A stretch of DNA of 64,000 bases from Clostridiales bacterium (GCA_029907205.1 JARYMI010000008.1:20031-84030); one strand, 5' to 3'. Numbered from the stretch's first letter, positions 47,206 through 59,804 are shown. Notes: generated by a model not told the origin, from the letters alone. Made by a program: numbers and translations.

Positions 47206-48496
47206 TCCCAAGAACTTTGCGGTAAATGAAGTCGATCTTATCGAGATAGCGGCTCAGGTCGAAGCACGCGTCCAGTTCCTCTGGCGAAAGGACAGCCAGG
47301 ATGTCCTTGTCGGCCAGGAGCAAATCCTTTAGACCCAGGTTTTCTTTCCAGACGCGCAGGCTGTTTCGCTGGATGAGCTCGTACGCTTGAGGGCGGGGCA
47401 CATTTTTATCGGTCAAAGCGAGGAGGACGGCCTGGGAGAAAATGAGGCCTTTGGTCAGAGCGATGTTTTCTTTCATCCTTTCTTCATGGACGACCATGTT
47501 CTTAATGATGTCCGTCATCTCCGCAAGCATATAATCGCACAATATAAACGAGTCGGGGATGATGACTCTTTCGGCCGAGGAATGAGAGATGTCCCGCTCG
47601 TGCCAGAGGGCGATGTTTTCCAGGGCAACCTGAAGGTTTGCTCGGAGAAGCCGGGAAAGGCCGGAAATTCTTTCGGCGCGCACAGGGTTCTTCTTGTGCG
47701 GCATCGAGGAAGAGCCTTTCTGACCTTTGGTGAAGGGCTCCTCGATCTCGAGAGTTTCTGTTTTCTGAAGATGCCGGATCTCGACGGCGAACTTATCGAG
47801 GCTTGAACCAAGAAGAGCCAGGGCTCCTAAGACTTCTGCGTGGCGGTCACGCTGGAGAACCTGCGTTGAAACTTTAGCTGGTTTGAGGCCGACTCGTTCC
47901 AGAGCCAGCTCTTCAACCCTCGGGTCGAGATGGATGTAAGTCCCAACAGAACCTGAGATGCGGCCGCAGCTGATGATGTCCTCCGCTTTTTTAAGGCGGA
48001 CCAGATGGCGGTTTATTTCTTCATACCAGACGAGGAGTTTGACGCCTAAGGTAATGGGCTCGGCATGCACGCCGTGCGTCCTGCCTATCATAGCCGTCCT
48101 TTTGTGCCGAAGGGCCTGATCCTTGATGGCCTGTTGGAGGTTTTGAGTGTCTTTTTGAACCTTTTCGAGCGATTCCTTGATCAACAGGGAGAGGGCTGTA
48201 TCGACGATGTCATAAGAAGTGAGCCCCATGTGGATGAAGCGCGCTTCTTCGCCGACATGTTCCCCCACGGCCTCCAGAAAGGCGATGACATCGTGTTTAA
48301 CAATTTTCTCGATCTCCTCGATGCGGTGGACAGAAAAAGCGGCTTTTTCCTTGATCCTGTGCAGAGATGAAGGCGGGATGCGACCGAGTTTTTCCCAGGC
48401 CTCGCAGACGGCCAGTTCGATGTCCAGCCATTTTTGGTATCTGTTCTCATCAGACCAGATAGCTCCCATCTCTGGAAGAGTGTAACGGTCGATCAT
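47195..48496 (-). CDS. purB: Adenylosuccinate lyase
   Basis: MIDRYTLPEMGAIWSDENRYQKWLDIE and the fumarate-lyase signature GSSSMPHKKNP. The start was trimmed from 48973 to ATG 48496. Confidence 0.93.
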
Positions 48497-48562
48497 TGAA
48501 ATGATGCCTTTCTTAACGCAGGCCGAATCATACCAGGGACATAATGCCTTGTCAATTGATTG

Positions 48563-48587
48563 GGAACGGTCCTCTGGGAGGAGCGTC
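48563..48587 (+). promoter_or_regulatory. ECF-type promoter (GGAAC-N16-CGTC), probably autoregulatory
   Basis: GGAAC at 48563-48567 and CGTC at 48584-48587, with a 16-nt spacer, about 30 nt upstream of the ECF sigma factor start. Confidence 0.5.
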
Positions 48588-48616
48588 CCCATTTTCCAAA
48601 GGATTATATATAATGG

Positions 48617-49201
48617 ATGTCTAATAGAATGAAGCTCTTGATGACGGATGTTAAGGAAGAGGTGCTCGTGGAGCAAGCCCAACAAGGTGACCTGGAGGCC
48701 TATGCCGAGCTTGTCAAGAGGTACCGAGAGAGAATCTACCGGACGATCTACCGGTACACAAGGAATCATAACGACACCGACGACCTGGCTCAGGAGACTT
48801 TCCTCCAAGCTTTCCGGGCGATCAAGAGTTTTCGGAAGAAATCGGGCTTCTACACCTGGATATTCCGGATTGCCGTCAATCGGAGCCTGAATTTTGTGAA
48901 AAAAGCAGGGCGGGAGAAAGAAAAAGCGGGATGCGAAGAAAAAATGGAAAATATCGCCGCAACCTTTCTCCATTCGCCGGAGCCAGTCTCAATGGCCAAA
49001 GAGCTCGGAGAGCGGCTGAACGAGGCGGTCGATTCCCTTCCTTTGGCTTACAAGTCATCCTTCATCCTGGTTGTCCTCCAGGGAATGACCCATAGCCAGG
49101 CAGCTCAGGTTCTCCGCTGCCCAGAGAACACCGTATCTTGGCGTCTTCATAAGGCCAGGAAAATTCTCCAGGCCAAGCTCAGTCCTTATTTGGAGAGGTG
49201 A
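48617..49201 (+). CDS. ECF (group 4) RNA polymerase sigma factor
   Basis: Region 2 (YRTIYRYTRNHNDTDDLAQETFLQAFR...FYTWIFRIAVN) and region 4 (GMTHSQAAQVLRCPENTVSWRLHKAR). Confidence 0.9.
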   Translation: MSNRMKLLMTDVKEEVLVEQAQQGDLEAYAELVKRYRERIYRTIYRYTRNHNDTDDLAQETFLQAFRAIKSFRKKSGFYTWIFRIAVNRSLNFVKKAGREKEKAGCEEKMENIAATFLHSPEPVSMAKELGERLNEAVDSLPLAYKSSFILVVLQGMTHSQAAQVLRCPENTVSWRLHKARKILQAKLSPYLER

Positions 49202-49204
49202 GGC

Positions 49205-49801
49205 ATGCGATGCAGGAAATACGAGAAATGGATATCCGACTCGCTCGACAAAGAATTTAATACCAAGAGGTCGCGGAAGCTCGCTTCCCATCTAGCCAAA
49301 TGCGGCGCCTGCCGCGCCTATAAGGAGAGGCTTCGCCTTCTTCAACAAGAAGCGTTGCGTTTAGAAATCCCGGACTTTGCGCCCCGTTACTGGGAGGAAT
49401 TTTCGCGCCGCCTGAGGCCGCGGCTTCAAGCCGTTCAGCCTGGAGCATCGGGCGTGAGGCTCGGCTGGCGGAACAGGAGATGGGCCTGGGCAGGAGCGGC
49501 TGTCCTCATCGCTGCCGCCTTCAGCCTTGTCCTTATCCTGCGGAGAGGGCCAGAAGCTGAGGAGAACAACATTTTCTCTTTTGAAAGATGTCTTGACCGC
49601 GTTTACGGTGAAATCGGGGATGATTCACAATTAGCGGACCTCTTTAATGTCGCTCTCGTGCGCGCTCTCAGAGAGGAAGCCGGAGCAGACGATTCGGTGA
49701 CGAGGACGCTATCTGTTGAAGACCCTCTCTTTTTAGAAGGCCTGAGCGAGGAAGAGATGGAATTCCTCAACCGGGAAATCGAGAAAGAAATTAAATCCTA
49801 G
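49205..49801 (+). CDS. Anti-sigma factor (zf-HC2 type, single TM)
   Basis: N-terminal H-x3-C-x2-C (ASHLAKCGACRAY), TM segment WAWAGAAVLIAAAFSLVLIL. It begins 3 nt after the sigma gene. Confidence 0.75.
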   Translation: MRCRKYEKWISDSLDKEFNTKRSRKLASHLAKCGACRAYKERLRLLQQEALRLEIPDFAPRYWEEFSRRLRPRLQAVQPGASGVRLGWRNRRWAWAGAAVLIAAAFSLVLILRRGPEAEENNIFSFERCLDRVYGEIGDDSQLADLFNVALVRALREEAGADDSVTRTLSVEDPLFLEGLSEEEMEFLNREIEKEIKS

Positions 49802-49810
49802 GAGTCAAAA

Positions 49811-50305
49811 ATGACAAAGATGAAGTTTCTTTTTGTTGTCCTGAGCCTCGTCTTTTCTTTTTCTCCACTGACTCCCCAAGACCCCGGACAAGAGCCAGCC
49901 AATCGAGAGAGAATTCGCGAGAACATCCACCGGCTTCGGTTGCTTAGGATGACCGAGGCCCTTGAACTGAGCGAAGAGCAGACGGCCAGGATTTATCCCG
50001 CCGCGACTCGCATTGAAAGAGAAAAAGCCGCTCTTTCTATGAAGATGGGCAAGGAGATTCGGGACCTCCGGGCGATGCTGAGGGGCGAGACTGTTGATGA
50101 GCAAAAGCTGGCCGATAAGGTGAGGTCCATAAAAGAGCTGCGAAAAGCCATTCTTGAGAGGGACCAGGAATTCGAGGCGATGCTCGAAGAAAACCTGAAT
50201 GAGGTCCAAAAAGCTAGGTATGTCATTTTCGCCCTTGACTTTTACCGTGGTTTGGCTGAAAAACTGGAGAGAGCCCGTCAAGTGCCCCTAAAAAAAAGAA
50301 ATTAA
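49811..50305 (+). CDS. Periplasmic Spy/CpxP-like (LTxxQ-type) helical protein
   Basis: Signal peptide MTKMKFLFVVLSLVFSFSPL, followed by a helical, charged mature part with an LSEEQ motif. Confidence 0.6.
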   Translation: MTKMKFLFVVLSLVFSFSPLTPQDPGQEPANRERIRENIHRLRLLRMTEALELSEEQTARIYPAATRIEREKAALSMKMGKEIRDLRAMLRGETVDEQKLADKVRSIKELRKAILERDQEFEAMLEENLNEVQKARYVIFALDFYRGLAEKLERARQVPLKKRN

Positions 50306-50323
50306 CAAATAATCTTGTTGCTC

Positions 50324-50352
50324 TTGACAAAAGCGGCAATTTCTTCTAAGAT
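50324..50352 (+). promoter_or_regulatory. Sigma-70-type promoter candidate for the tRNA-tuf operon
   Basis: TTGACA-N17-TAAGAT, about 140 nt upstream of the first tRNA. Confidence 0.5.
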
Positions 50353-50492
50353 TAGGGGCGTATTTTTTTATTTTATTCAAAAATTAATGATTTAGCCTGG
50401 TAAAGAGAAAGCTAATTCTAATCTTTTTCCGTCCTTTCTCTTTTTCCCTGAGCGCGAAGGTCAGATATAAACGCCCCGAGAGTGAAAACTGC

Positions 50493-50565
50493 GCCAGCGT
50501 AGCTCAGTTGGTAGAGCGGCTGATTTGTAATCAGCGGGTCGGGGGTTCGAATCCCTTCGCTGGCT
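50493..50565 (+). tRNA. tRNA-Thr (anticodon UGU)
   Basis: Hand-folded cloverleaf: acceptor GCCAGCG/CGCTGGC, anticodon loop TTTGTAA, T-loop TTCGAAT. CCA is not encoded. Confidence 0.92.
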
Positions 50566-50633
50566 TTTTGCGGGAGAAACGCCGAGATAGATACGGTCTC
50601 TTTGGAAGGTCGATGGGCTATAGACCGACACAC

Positions 50634-50716
50634 GGGCAGGTACCAAAGTGGCCAAATGGGGCGGGCTGTAAACCCGCTGCGGAAACGCTTCGGAGGTTCG
50701 AATCCTTCCCTGCCCA
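50634..50716 (+). tRNA. tRNA-Tyr (anticodon GUA), long variable arm
   Basis: Acceptor GGGCAGG/CCTGCCC, anticodon loop CTGTAAA, long variable arm, T-loop TTCGAAT. Confidence 0.92.
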
Positions 50717-50721
50717 TTTAA

Positions 50722-50793
50722 GCGGGAATAGCTCAGCGGTAGAGCATCGGCCTTCCAAGCCGTTGGTCGCGGGTTCGAATCCCGTTTCCCGCT
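50722..50793 (+). tRNA. tRNA-Gly (anticodon UCC)
   Basis: Acceptor GCGGGAA/TTCCCGC, anticodon loop CTTCCAA, T-loop TTCGAAT. Confidence 0.92.
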
Positions 50794-50810
50794 TGTCCGG
50801 AGGTTTGGAA

Positions 50811-50883
50811 GCCCACGTAGCTCAGTTGGCAGAGCACATCCTTGGTAAGGATGGGGTCACCAGTTCGACTCTGGTCGTGGGCT
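50811..50883 (+). tRNA. tRNA-Thr (anticodon GGU)
   Basis: Acceptor GCCCACG/CGTGGGC, anticodon loop TTGGTAA, T-loop TTCGACT. Confidence 0.92.
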
Positions 50884-50928
50884 GGTTGAATAAAATTAGC
50901 ATGAGATTCCGCTGCAAGGAGGTAAGGA

Positions 50929-52128
<1,200 letters not shown>

Positions 52129-52226
52129 GGAGGACGGAGGGAAAGGCGAAGAACAGAGCATAGGACTCAGCTGACCGGGTCGTCAATGCACGTAGTTCCT
52201 CGCCAGGAGATGACAGAGAGCAGAAG

Positions 52227-52376
52227 ATGAGAGAATTGATCACGCTCCAGTGTTCTGAATGCAAGCGAAGGAATTACACGTCGACAAGAAACAAAAAAAA
52301 GCAGACAGAGAGGCTTGAGATAAAAAAATTTTGCAAGTTCTGCCGGAAACACACGCTCCACAAGGAAGTGAAGTGA
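52227..52376 (+). CDS. rpmG: 50S ribosomal protein L33 (49 aa; not in the ORF track)
   Basis: Hand translation: [49 protein letters not shown], the CxxC...CxxC L33 form. Confidence 0.9.
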   Translation: MRELITLQCSECKRRNYTSTRNKKKQTERLEIKKFCKFCRKHTLHKEVK

Positions 52377-52422
52377 CCGGCGGTAGCCTATCTCGGAAAC
52401 GCGAGGTGAAGAAAAAACGGGA

Positions 52423-52496
<74 letters not shown>

Positions 52497-52604
52497 CCCC
52501 CCCTGCTTCTGGCAAACGGAGATAGCTGAACATTCATTCGTTCCCGCGAGACCAAGGAGGATTGGCAGACAGAAGAAAGCCCGTGATTCAGCGAGGGATC
52601 GTCC

Positions 52605-52814
52605 ATGGAAAAAACGAGATGGTATAAGCGATTAACGAATTTCCTGAAAGACGTAAGAGGAGAAGTCAAGAAAGTGACCTGGCCGTCGCGGCTCGAGGTC
52701 TACAACACGACTCTTGTCGTCATCATCGCCGTCATTTTTTTTGGCTTCTATCTTTTTTTCATGGACCTCATTTTTTCCTGGGTGATCACTCAGATCAAGG
52801 CTCTTTTCGGCTAA
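52605..52814 (+). CDS. secE: Preprotein translocase subunit SecE
   Basis: 69 aa, FLKDVRGEVKKVTWPSR followed by one TM segment. Conserved position before nusG. Confidence 0.88.
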   Translation: MEKTRWYKRLTNFLKDVRGEVKKVTWPSRLEVYNTTLVVIIAVIFFGFYLFFMDLIFSWVITQIKALFG

Positions 52815-52826
52815 ACAGGGACCACC

Positions 52827-53357
52827 ATGGCTAAAAACTGGTACGTTGTCCACACCTATTCAGGGTTTGAGAAATTTGTGGCCGAGTCCATTCGTCAGAG
52901 GGCTGCGGAGCTAAGCCTTCAGAGTCAGTTCGGACAGATCATCATCCCGACCGAAGACGTGATTGAAATCAAGGGCGGTCGGAAGGTCGTCTCCACAAAA
53001 AGATCTTACCCGGGGTACATCCTGGTGGAGATGGAAATGAACGATGAGAACTGGCATCTCGTCCGGGAAACGCCGAAAGTCACTGGGTTTGTCGGCCCCG
53101 GGAAAAAGCCTTCGCCGCTGAACCGAGAAGAAGTCGGCCAGATTGTCGAGCATATGGAGACGACATCGGAGAGGCCCAAGCCTAAACATACCTTCGAGAA
53201 AGGAGAGGCGGTTCGGATCATCGACGGCCCCTTCTTTAATTTCAACGGCATCGTTGAGGAAGTGAATCACGAAAAGAACACGCTGAAGGTTCTCGTCACG
53301 ATTTTTGGCCGCTCAACACCGGTCGAACTGGAATTCCTTCAGGTGGAGAAGCTATAG
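52827..53357 (+). CDS. nusG: Transcription termination/antitermination factor NusG
   Basis: NWYVVHTYSGFE N-terminus (NGN domain) and a C-terminal KOW (GEAVRIIDGPF). Confidence 0.95.
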   Translation: MAKNWYVVHTYSGFEKFVAESIRQRAAELSLQSQFGQIIIPTEDVIEIKGGRKVVSTKRSYPGYILVEMEMNDENWHLVRETPKVTGFVGPGKKPSPLNREEVGQIVEHMETTSERPKPKHTFEKGEAVRIIDGPFFNFNGIVEEVNHEKNTLKVLVTIFGRSTPVELEFLQVEKL

Positions 53358-53366
53358 GAGGAGATA

Positions 53367-53798
53367 ATGTCTAAAGAAGTTGCGGCCAGGATCAAGCTCC
53401 AGATCGTCGCCGGGCAGGCCAGTCCTGCTCCTCCTGTCGGCCCAGCCTTGGGTCAGCACAACGTCAATATTATGGATTTCGTCCGCCAGTTCAACGAGAA
53501 AACCAGCCGGCTGGAGGAGGGGACCGTCGTCCCCGTCGTCATCACGGTGTTCAAGGACAAGAGCTTCGTTTTTGACCTGAAGACACCCCCCGCTTCCTAT
53601 CTTTTAAAGAAGGCCGCCGGGATCGCCAAAGGTTCTGGAGCGCCAAACAAGGAAAAAGTTGGCAAGATCACTCAAAAGCAGATCGAGGACATCGCCAGGC
53701 TCAAGATGCCGGATTTAAACGCCTATGATTTAGAAACGGCTAAAAGGATCATCGAGGGCACAGCGAAGAATATGGGATTGGAGATCGTCAGTGAGTAA
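53367..53798 (+). CDS. rplK: 50S ribosomal protein L11
   Basis: [30 protein letters not shown] signature. Confidence 0.96.
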   Translation: MSKEVAARIKLQIVAGQASPAPPVGPALGQHNVNIMDFVRQFNEKTSRLEEGTVVPVVITVFKDKSFVFDLKTPPASYLLKKAAGIAKGSGAPNKEKVGKITQKQIEDIARLKMPDLNAYDLETAKRIIEGTAKNMGLEIVSE

Positions 53799-54483
53799 AC
53801 GAGGGAAGAGATACGCCAAGGCAAAAGAGTCTCTCCGCCTGAAGGAGTACTCTCTGGAGGAGGCGGTCAGCCTGCTGAAAAAAACGGGAACGGCCAAGTT
53901 CGACGAATCCGTTGATATAGCCATGCGTTTGGGGGTCAACCCCAAACACTCCGAACAGATGGTCCGGGGAACCGTTGTGCTGCCGCATGGAACGGGAAAG
54001 ACCAAGAAGATCTGCGTCATCGCCGCGGGAGAAAAGATCAAAGAAGCTGAGGAAGCAGGAGCTGATCACGCAGGGGGGGAAGAGCTAATCGAGAGAATTG
54101 CTTCTGGATGGATTGATTTTGATGTCGTTATCGCCACGCCCGATGTCATGAGGAACGTCGGAAAGCTGGGAAGAATTCTGGGGACCAAAGGCCTGATGCC
54201 CAATCCCAAGTCGGGCACAGTGACTTTTGACATAAAGAAAGCGGTCGAAGAGACCAAAGCGGGCAAAGTGGAGTTCCGCGTTGACAAGACGGGAATCCTC
54301 CACTCCAGCGTGGGCAAGGTTTCTTTTTCCGAGGACAAGCTTGCCGAGAACATCAGGGCGTACATCCAGGCCGTCCTCCATGCCAAGCCCCCTGCTGCCA
54401 AGGGCAAGTACGTTCGCAGCATTTTCCTCTCTTCCACCATGGGTCCATCTTTGAGGATTTCAGAGACGATTCTCGAGAAATGA
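53791..54483 (+). CDS. rplA: 50S ribosomal protein L1
   Basis: GTG start overlapping rplK by 8 nt. [17 protein letters not shown] and [11 protein letters not shown] motifs. Confidence 0.95.
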   Translation: MSKRGKRYAKAKESLRLKEYSLEEAVSLLKKTGTAKFDESVDIAMRLGVNPKHSEQMVRGTVVLPHGTGKTKKICVIAAGEKIKEAEEAGADHAGGEELIERIASGWIDFDVVIATPDVMRNVGKLGRILGTKGLMPNPKSGTVTFDIKKAVEETKAGKVEFRVDKTGILHSSVGKVSFSEDKLAENIRAYIQAVLHAKPPAAKGKYVRSIFLSSTMGPSLRISETILEK

Positions 54484-54496
54484 GAGGAGAGACACG

Positions 54497-55015
54497 GTGA
54501 AAAGGGACGTTAAGGAAAAATTGGTCAAAGAGCTCCAAGAGAATTTTCGCCGTCAGGATACTTTCTATCTCCTTGATTACACCGGTCTGACCGTGGCCCA
54601 GTCTGTCGAGTTGCGCAAACTCCTGCGGAAGAACGACTACTCCTTTAGAGTGGTTAAGAACCGGCTGGCGCTAAGAGCCCTGAAGGAAGGGGAAGGAATC
54701 CCGAAAGAGCTTGGAGGCTGTTTCGAGAAGCCGACAGCGATCGCTTTTGCCGCTCACGACCCTGTAAGGTTGGCTCGACTGCTGAGGGAATTTGCCTCCC
54801 AGAACAAGATTTTGACTTTTAAGGGGGGCCTCATTGAAGGGCAGACGCTTTCATCCGATCGATTCGGGGAGGTCTGCAGCCTGACTTCCCGGGAGGAACT
54901 GCTGGGGAAGATCGGCTATTTATTGGCTTATCCTTTGACACGACTTTTAAGGACTTGGCAAGCTCCATTAGCGAGTTTTGGCCGGTTGTTGAGTCAATTA
55001 AAAGAAAAAAAATAG
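54497..55015 (+). CDS. rplJ: 50S ribosomal protein L10
   Basis: 172 aa, with conserved position and family-typical sequence ([15 protein letters not shown]...VVKNRL). Confidence 0.93.
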   Translation: MKRDVKEKLVKELQENFRRQDTFYLLDYTGLTVAQSVELRKLLRKNDYSFRVVKNRLALRALKEGEGIPKELGGCFEKPTAIAFAAHDPVRLARLLREFASQNKILTFKGGLIEGQTLSSDRFGEVCSLTSREELLGKIGYLLAYPLTRLLRTWQAPLASFGRLLSQLKEKK

Positions 55016-55028
55016 GTTGGAGGTAAAA

Positions 55029-55439
55029 ATGCCCAAAGCAAAGGAAGAAATGACAAAACTAACAAAAGAGCAGTTTTTCGCCCACCTGGATAACCTGACT
55101 ATCCTGGAATTGGCCGACTACGTCAAGGAATTCGAGAAGCGCTACGGAATCAGCGCTACCGCCGTTCCTCTCGCTGTCCCTGGAGCGGTCGCCGCCCCCG
55201 GAGCAGAGCCTAAGGCCGAAGAGGTGAAGACGGAGTTCACTGTTGTGCTCAAGAGCCCCGGAGACAAAAAAATTAACGTCATCAAGATCGTCAGAGAAAT
55301 CACGAACTTGGGGCTAAAGGAAGCTAAAGACCTTGTGGATTCTGCTCCTAAACCGGTCAAAGAGAAAATCTCTAAAGAAGAAGCAGAAACCATCAAGACA
55401 AAATTCGAGGAAGCAGGAGCAGCCGTCGAAATTCAGTAA
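55029..55439 (+). CDS. rplL: 50S ribosomal protein L7/L12
   Basis: The ATG at 55029 lies 5 nt after GGAGG. Ala/Pro hinge, then the C-terminal domain [25 protein letters not shown]. Confidence 0.95.
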   Translation: MPKAKEEMTKLTKEQFFAHLDNLTILELADYVKEFEKRYGISATAVPLAVPGAVAAPGAEPKAEEVKTEFTVVLKSPGDKKINVIKIVREITNLGLKEAKDLVDSAPKPVKEKISKEEAETIKTKFEEAGAAVEIQ

Positions 55440-55453
55440 TGAGCGTACGAGAG

Positions 55454-55479
55454 CAGATTGATCGTCGACAATCTTTTTG
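55454..55479 (+). terminator. rplL-rpoB intergenic hairpin plus T-run (attenuator-type partial terminator)
   Basis: AGATTG-N8-CAATCT followed by TTTTT. An attenuator is known at the same position in E. coli. Confidence 0.45.
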
Positions 55480-55514
55480 GGCGATGAGAAAAAAACTTTT
55501 TCTTGAGAGTGGCC

Positions 55515-58500
55515 ATGCAAAATGAATCTGAAAATTTAAAGCACCGAATTCCTCGGGTCGATTTCTCCAAAATTGGGACGCAATTCCCGATGCCCGACCT
55601 TCTGGCCATCCAGAGGCAGTCCTATGCCGAATTCTTGCAGATGGACCTCTTGCCTGAGGAAAGGAAGGATGCGGGTCTGCAGTCGGCCCTGAAGGACATT
55701 TTTCCGATTTCCGACTTCAAGGAGACGACCCAGCTTGATTTTATCAGCTACTCGGTCGGCAACTGGGAGTGCAAATGCGGACGTTTGAAAGGCGTGGAGA
55801 ATTCGCGCGCCCGGTGCAAGAGCTGCGGCACGCTCCTCCCGGCTGATGTTGAGCTCACCGAAAAGGAAATCTGTCCCTACTGCAGCGCTATGAGGAAAGT
55901 CGAAGTTCCCGTTTGCGAGCACTGCGGGGACAGGGTCCGACTGAAGTTGAAGTACAGCCCTAACGAGTGCCTGCAAAAAGGCTATACCTACTCTGTGCCG
56001 CTGAGGCTAAAGGTTCGCCTCATTTCTTGGGAAAAGGATGCTTCAGCCAAGACAAAGAGGCTCAAGCACATCAAGGAACAGGAAGTCTATTTTGGCGACA
56101 TTCCTCTGATGACCGACAAAGGGACGTTCATCTTCAACGGCATCGAACGAGTCGTCGTCAGCCAGCTGCAGCGGTCTCCGGGCGTTTTCTTCCGGCCTGG
56201 AGACACCAAAGGCTTTTTCATCGGAAAGATTATTCCGTACCGCGGGGCTTGGGTCGAGTTTGAGTACGATGCCAAGAACACGCTTTTTGTTCGCCTGGAC
56301 CGGAAGAAAAAATTTCTGGCCACAGTCTTTCTCAGGGCCCTTGGTTTTGGATCGGACGAAGAAATCCTTCGCCTTTTCTACAAGATCTATAAGGTCATCC
56401 CGCGCGACGGTAAGCTTTATTGGGAGCTTTCCGACAATTTGGAGGGGAAAACAGTTGCGGAGGATATCGTTGTCCCCCCTTCCAGAAAAGCTGTTGTTCA
56501 GGCCAAGACAAAGCTTGTCCCCGAGCTCATCGCTGACCTTCGAGCAAGAGGAGTGGACCGGGTTCCCCTGTGGAATAAAGACCTCCAGGGCGCTTACGCC
56601 CTGAGCAGCATCAAAGGAAAAGTCCGAGTCAACGAAGAGCTGGGCGATGTTCAGCTTGAGCTTCTCATTGGCCGGGGTGAGCCCTTCGAAGTCTTTTTTC
56701 CAGAGCAAGATAAGATCGGGCCCATCATCAGCAACACCGTCAAAAAAGACCAGCGCAAGGACACCACACAGGCTTTATCGGAAATATACAGGAAATTGAG
56801 GCCGGGAGAGCCTCATACAGTCGAGAGCACTCATAACCTCTTCCACAACCTCTTTTTTAACCCTCAAAAATACAATTTTTCAAGGATCGGCCGCTTAAAA
56901 ATGAATATAAAGCTTGGCCTCGATACCTCCCTCGAAGAAAAAGTCCTTGCGCCGATGGATTATGTTCAAGTCATCCAGTATCTTCTTCGCCTGCGACAGG
57001 GAGAGGGTACGATCGACGATATCGACCACCTGGGGAACCGCCGCATCCGCTCGGTTGGTGAATTGGTAGAGAACGCCTTCCGCATCGGCCTGACCCGCAT
57101 GGAGAGGACGATCAAAGAAAAGATGACGATTAGCTCTGACCTGACCTCAGCTATGCCCCAGGACCTCATCAATTCCAAACCCGTCATTGCCGCTCTCAAG
57201 GAATTTTTCGGAAGCTCCCAGCTCTCCCAGTTCATGGACCAAATCAACAGCTTGGCCGAAATCACTCACAAGAGGCGTCTCAGCGCACTTGGGCCTGGCG
57301 GTCTAAGCCGGGAGCGGGCCGGTTTCGAGGTCAGAGACATTCAGGCCTCTCACTACGGCCGGATTTGTCCAGTGGAAACGCCAGAAGGCCCTAACATTGG
57401 GCTTATTTCCTCACTGAGCTGCTACGCTCGAGTCAACGACTACGGGTTTATCGAGACTCCATACCGGAAAGTCCGGAATGGCCGAATCATCGATTATGTC
57501 CGGATCGTCCATCCTGGAGATAGCTCTTATAAGATCGGCGAAATCATCGAGAAAGATGACCTCCTCAAGACGATCAAGCAGCTCGAAAAGAGCAAAGCCA
57601 AGCACCTTCCGGTTTATGAACCTCACTGCTTTTACTTGACCGCCTGGGAAGAGGAAAAATACATCATTGCGCAGGCCAATGCGCCAGTTGATGAAAAGGG
57701 CTATTTTTCAAGCGAGTTCGTCAGTGCGCGCCAGGCCGGAAACTTCAAGGTTGTGCCGCGCGAAATGGTCGAATACATCGATGTCTCGCCCAAGCAGCTC
57801 GTCTCCCTCTCAGCAGCCTTGATCCCCTTTCTTGAGCACGACGATGCCAACCGGGCTCTCATGGGTTCAAACATGCAGAGGCAGGCTGTGCCGCTGCTGC
57901 GTCCTGAAGCTCCGCTCGTCGGGACGGCCATCGAGCACCTCGTTGCCAAGGGCTCTGGGGATGTCATCATTTGCCAGCGCCCAGGGGTCGTCGAATTCGT
58001 TGACGCAGAAAGAATCTTGATCAGGGTCGATGAAAGAGAAAAGGCCAAGGAGCATGATGTCGGCACAGACCTCTATCTTTTGACAAAGTTCCTGCGCACC
58101 AATCAGAACACCTGCATCAACCACAGGCCGATTGTCCGCAAGGGCGAACGTGTTCTCAAAGGCCAAATCTTAGCTGACAGCTCCTGCACGCATGAGGGGG
58201 AGCTGGCTTTGGGCCGGAATGTCCTCTGTGCCTTCATGCCTTGGCGGGGGTACAACTTTGAGGACGCCATCATCGTCAGCGAGCGTCTCATCAAGGATGA
58301 TATTTTCAGTTCGATCCATATCGTCGAGGAAACGCTCGAAGCCAGGGATACAAAGCTCGGTCCCGAGGAGATCACCAGGGATATCCCCAATGTCCCGGAA
58401 AACCTTCTTCGGAACCTCGATGAGAACGGCATCGTCAGGATCGGGGCCTACGTTAGGTCGGGGGACATCTTAGTTGGCAAAGTAGCCCCCAAAGGAGAAA

Positions 58501-59804
58501 CACAACTCTCTCCAGAAGAAAAACTCCTCAAAGCGATCTTTGGCGAGAAAGCTCTTGATGTCAAGGACGCCTCCCTTTACTGCTCTCCGGGAATTGAGGG
58601 GACAGTCATTGATGTCCGTATCTTTTCGCGCAGGGGAAGTGAAAAAGGGCCAAGGGCCAAGACAATCGAGAAAGAAGAGATTGCCAAGATGAAGCGAAAC
58701 CTCGACGACGAGATCAGCATCTTGGATAACGAAAGGCAAAGAAGGATCAGGATGTTCCTTAAGGGCGAAACGCTTGACAGAGACCAGAAAATCTCCGGTC
58801 AATCTCTCACAAAAGGAACAAAACTCACCGAGAGAATTTTTGATGCGATCGATCCCGACGACTATTCTAAGCTCAAGCTGGAAGAGAACGAAGAAAGGGA
58901 CTGGAAGATCAAAGATATAGAGAAAAAGGTCAGGCGCCAGATCGACGCCCTTAAATCCGAGTTCAAGGAGAAGGTTGACATTCTGAAAAAAGGCGATGAA
59001 TTGGCGCCCGGCGTCATCCAGACGATCAAGGTGTACATCGCCATGAAGCGAAAGCTGTCGGTTGGCGATAAGATCTCCGGCCGTCATGGCAATAAGGGCA
59101 TTGTGGCCAAGATTGTGCCCGAAGAGGACATGCCGCGCCTTCCAGACGGCACTCCGGTCGAGATCGTCCTCAACCCTCTGGGGGTCCCTTCGCGGATGAA
59201 TGTGGGGCAGATTCTCGAAACCCATTTGGGCTGGGCGGCAAAGAAACTGAACCTCTGGGTTGACACTCCGGTTTTCGACGGAATCTCAGAGGAAGAGATC
59301 AAGGAACTGCTGAAGAAAGCTGGCCTGCCGGAATCAGGGAAGACGCCTCTTTATGACGGCGTAACCGGTGAGCTTCTCGATCAGGAAGTCACGGTCGGTT
59401 ACATCTACATGATGAAACTTTACCATCTCGTGGATGACAAGATCCACGCCCGGTCCACAGGCCCCTATTCTCTTATCACACAACAGCCTCTGGGCGGCAA
59501 AGCCCAATTCGGAGGCCAGCGTTTTGGAGAAATGGAAGTCTGGGCTCTCGAAGCCTACGGCGCAGCCTTTACTCTTCAGGAGCTTTTGACCGTCAAATCT
59601 GATGATGTCGAGGGAAGAGCAAAGATTTACGAGGCCATTGTCAAGGGAGACCTGGATTTCCAGCCCGGGCTTCCCGAATCCGTCAATGTTCTCATCCGGG
59701 AGCTGCAGAGCCTATGTCTCAACGTCGAACTGGAGAAAGCCGAAAGGGAAGAAATCTTGCCGTGGGGGATTGAGGTTCCTCCTCTGATGAAAGGAGAACG
59801 CTAA
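55515..59804 (+). CDS. rpoB: DNA-directed RNA polymerase subunit beta, with an N-proximal Cys-rich insertion
   Basis: Collinear with bacterial RpoB throughout (e.g. [45 protein letters not shown]). The track ORF starts at TTG 55503; the ATG at 55515 is preferred. Confidence 0.97.
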   Translation: MQNESENLKHRIPRVDFSKIGTQFPMPDLLAIQRQSYAEFLQMDLLPEERKDAGLQSALKDIFPISDFKETTQLDFISYSVGNWECKCGRLKGVENSRARCKSCGTLLPADVELTEKEICPYCSAMRKVEVPVCEHCGDRVRLKLKYSPNECLQKGYTYSVPLRLKVRLISWEKDASAKTKRLKHIKEQEVYFGDIPLMTDKGTFIFNGIERVVVSQLQRSPGVFFRPGDTKGFFIGKIIPYRGAWVEFEYDAKNTLFVRLDRKKKFLATVFLRALGFGSDEEILRLFYKIYKVIPRDGKLYWELSDNLEGKTVAEDIVVPPSRKAVVQAKTKLVPELIADLRARGVDRVPLWNKDLQGAYALSSIKGKVRVNEELGDVQLELLIGRGEPFEVFFPEQDKIGPIISNTVKKDQRKDTTQALSEIYRKLRPGEPHTVESTHNLFHNLFFNPQKYNFSRIGRLKMNIKLGLDTSLEEKVLAPMDYVQVIQYLLRLRQGEGTIDDIDHLGNRRIRSVGELVENAFRIGLTRMERTIKEKMTISSDLTSAMPQDLINSKPVIAALKEFFGSSQLSQFMDQINSLAEITHKRRLSALGPGGLSRERAGFEVRDIQASHYGRICPVETPEGPNIGLISSLSCYARVNDYGFIETPYRKVRNGRIIDYVRIVHPGDSSYKIGEIIEKDDLLKTIKQLEKSKAKHLPVYEPHCFYLTAWEEEKYIIAQANAPVDEKGYFSSEFVSARQAGNFKVVPREMVEYIDVSPKQLVSLSAALIPFLEHDDANRALMGSNMQRQAVPLLRPEAPLVGTAIEHLVAKGSGDVIICQRPGVVEFVDAERILIRVDEREKAKEHDVGTDLYLLTKFLRTNQNTCINHRPIVRKGERVLKGQILADSSCTHEGELALGRNVLCAFMPWRGYNFEDAIIVSERLIKDDIFSSIHIVEETLEARDTKLGPEEITRDIPNVPENLLRNLDENGIVRIGAYVRSGDILVGKVAPKGETQLSPEEKLLKAIFGEKALDVKDASLYCSPGIEGTVIDVRIFSRRGSEKGPRAKTIEKEEIAKMKRNLDDEISILDNERQRRIRMFLKGETLDRDQKISGQSLTKGTKLTERIFDAIDPDDYSKLKLEENEERDWKIKDIEKKVRRQIDALKSEFKEKVDILKKGDELAPGVIQTIKVYIAMKRKLSVGDKISGRHGNKGIVAKIVPEEDMPRLPDGTPVEIVLNPLGVPSRMNVGQILETHLGWAAKKLNLWVDTPVFDGISEEEIKELLKKAGLPESGKTPLYDGVTGELLDQEVTVGYIYMMKLYHLVDDKIHARSTGPYSLITQQPLGGKAQFGGQRFGEMEVWALEAYGAAFTLQELLTVKSDDVEGRAKIYEAIVKGDLDFQPGLPESVNVLIRELQSLCLNVELEKAEREEILPWGIEVPPLMKGER

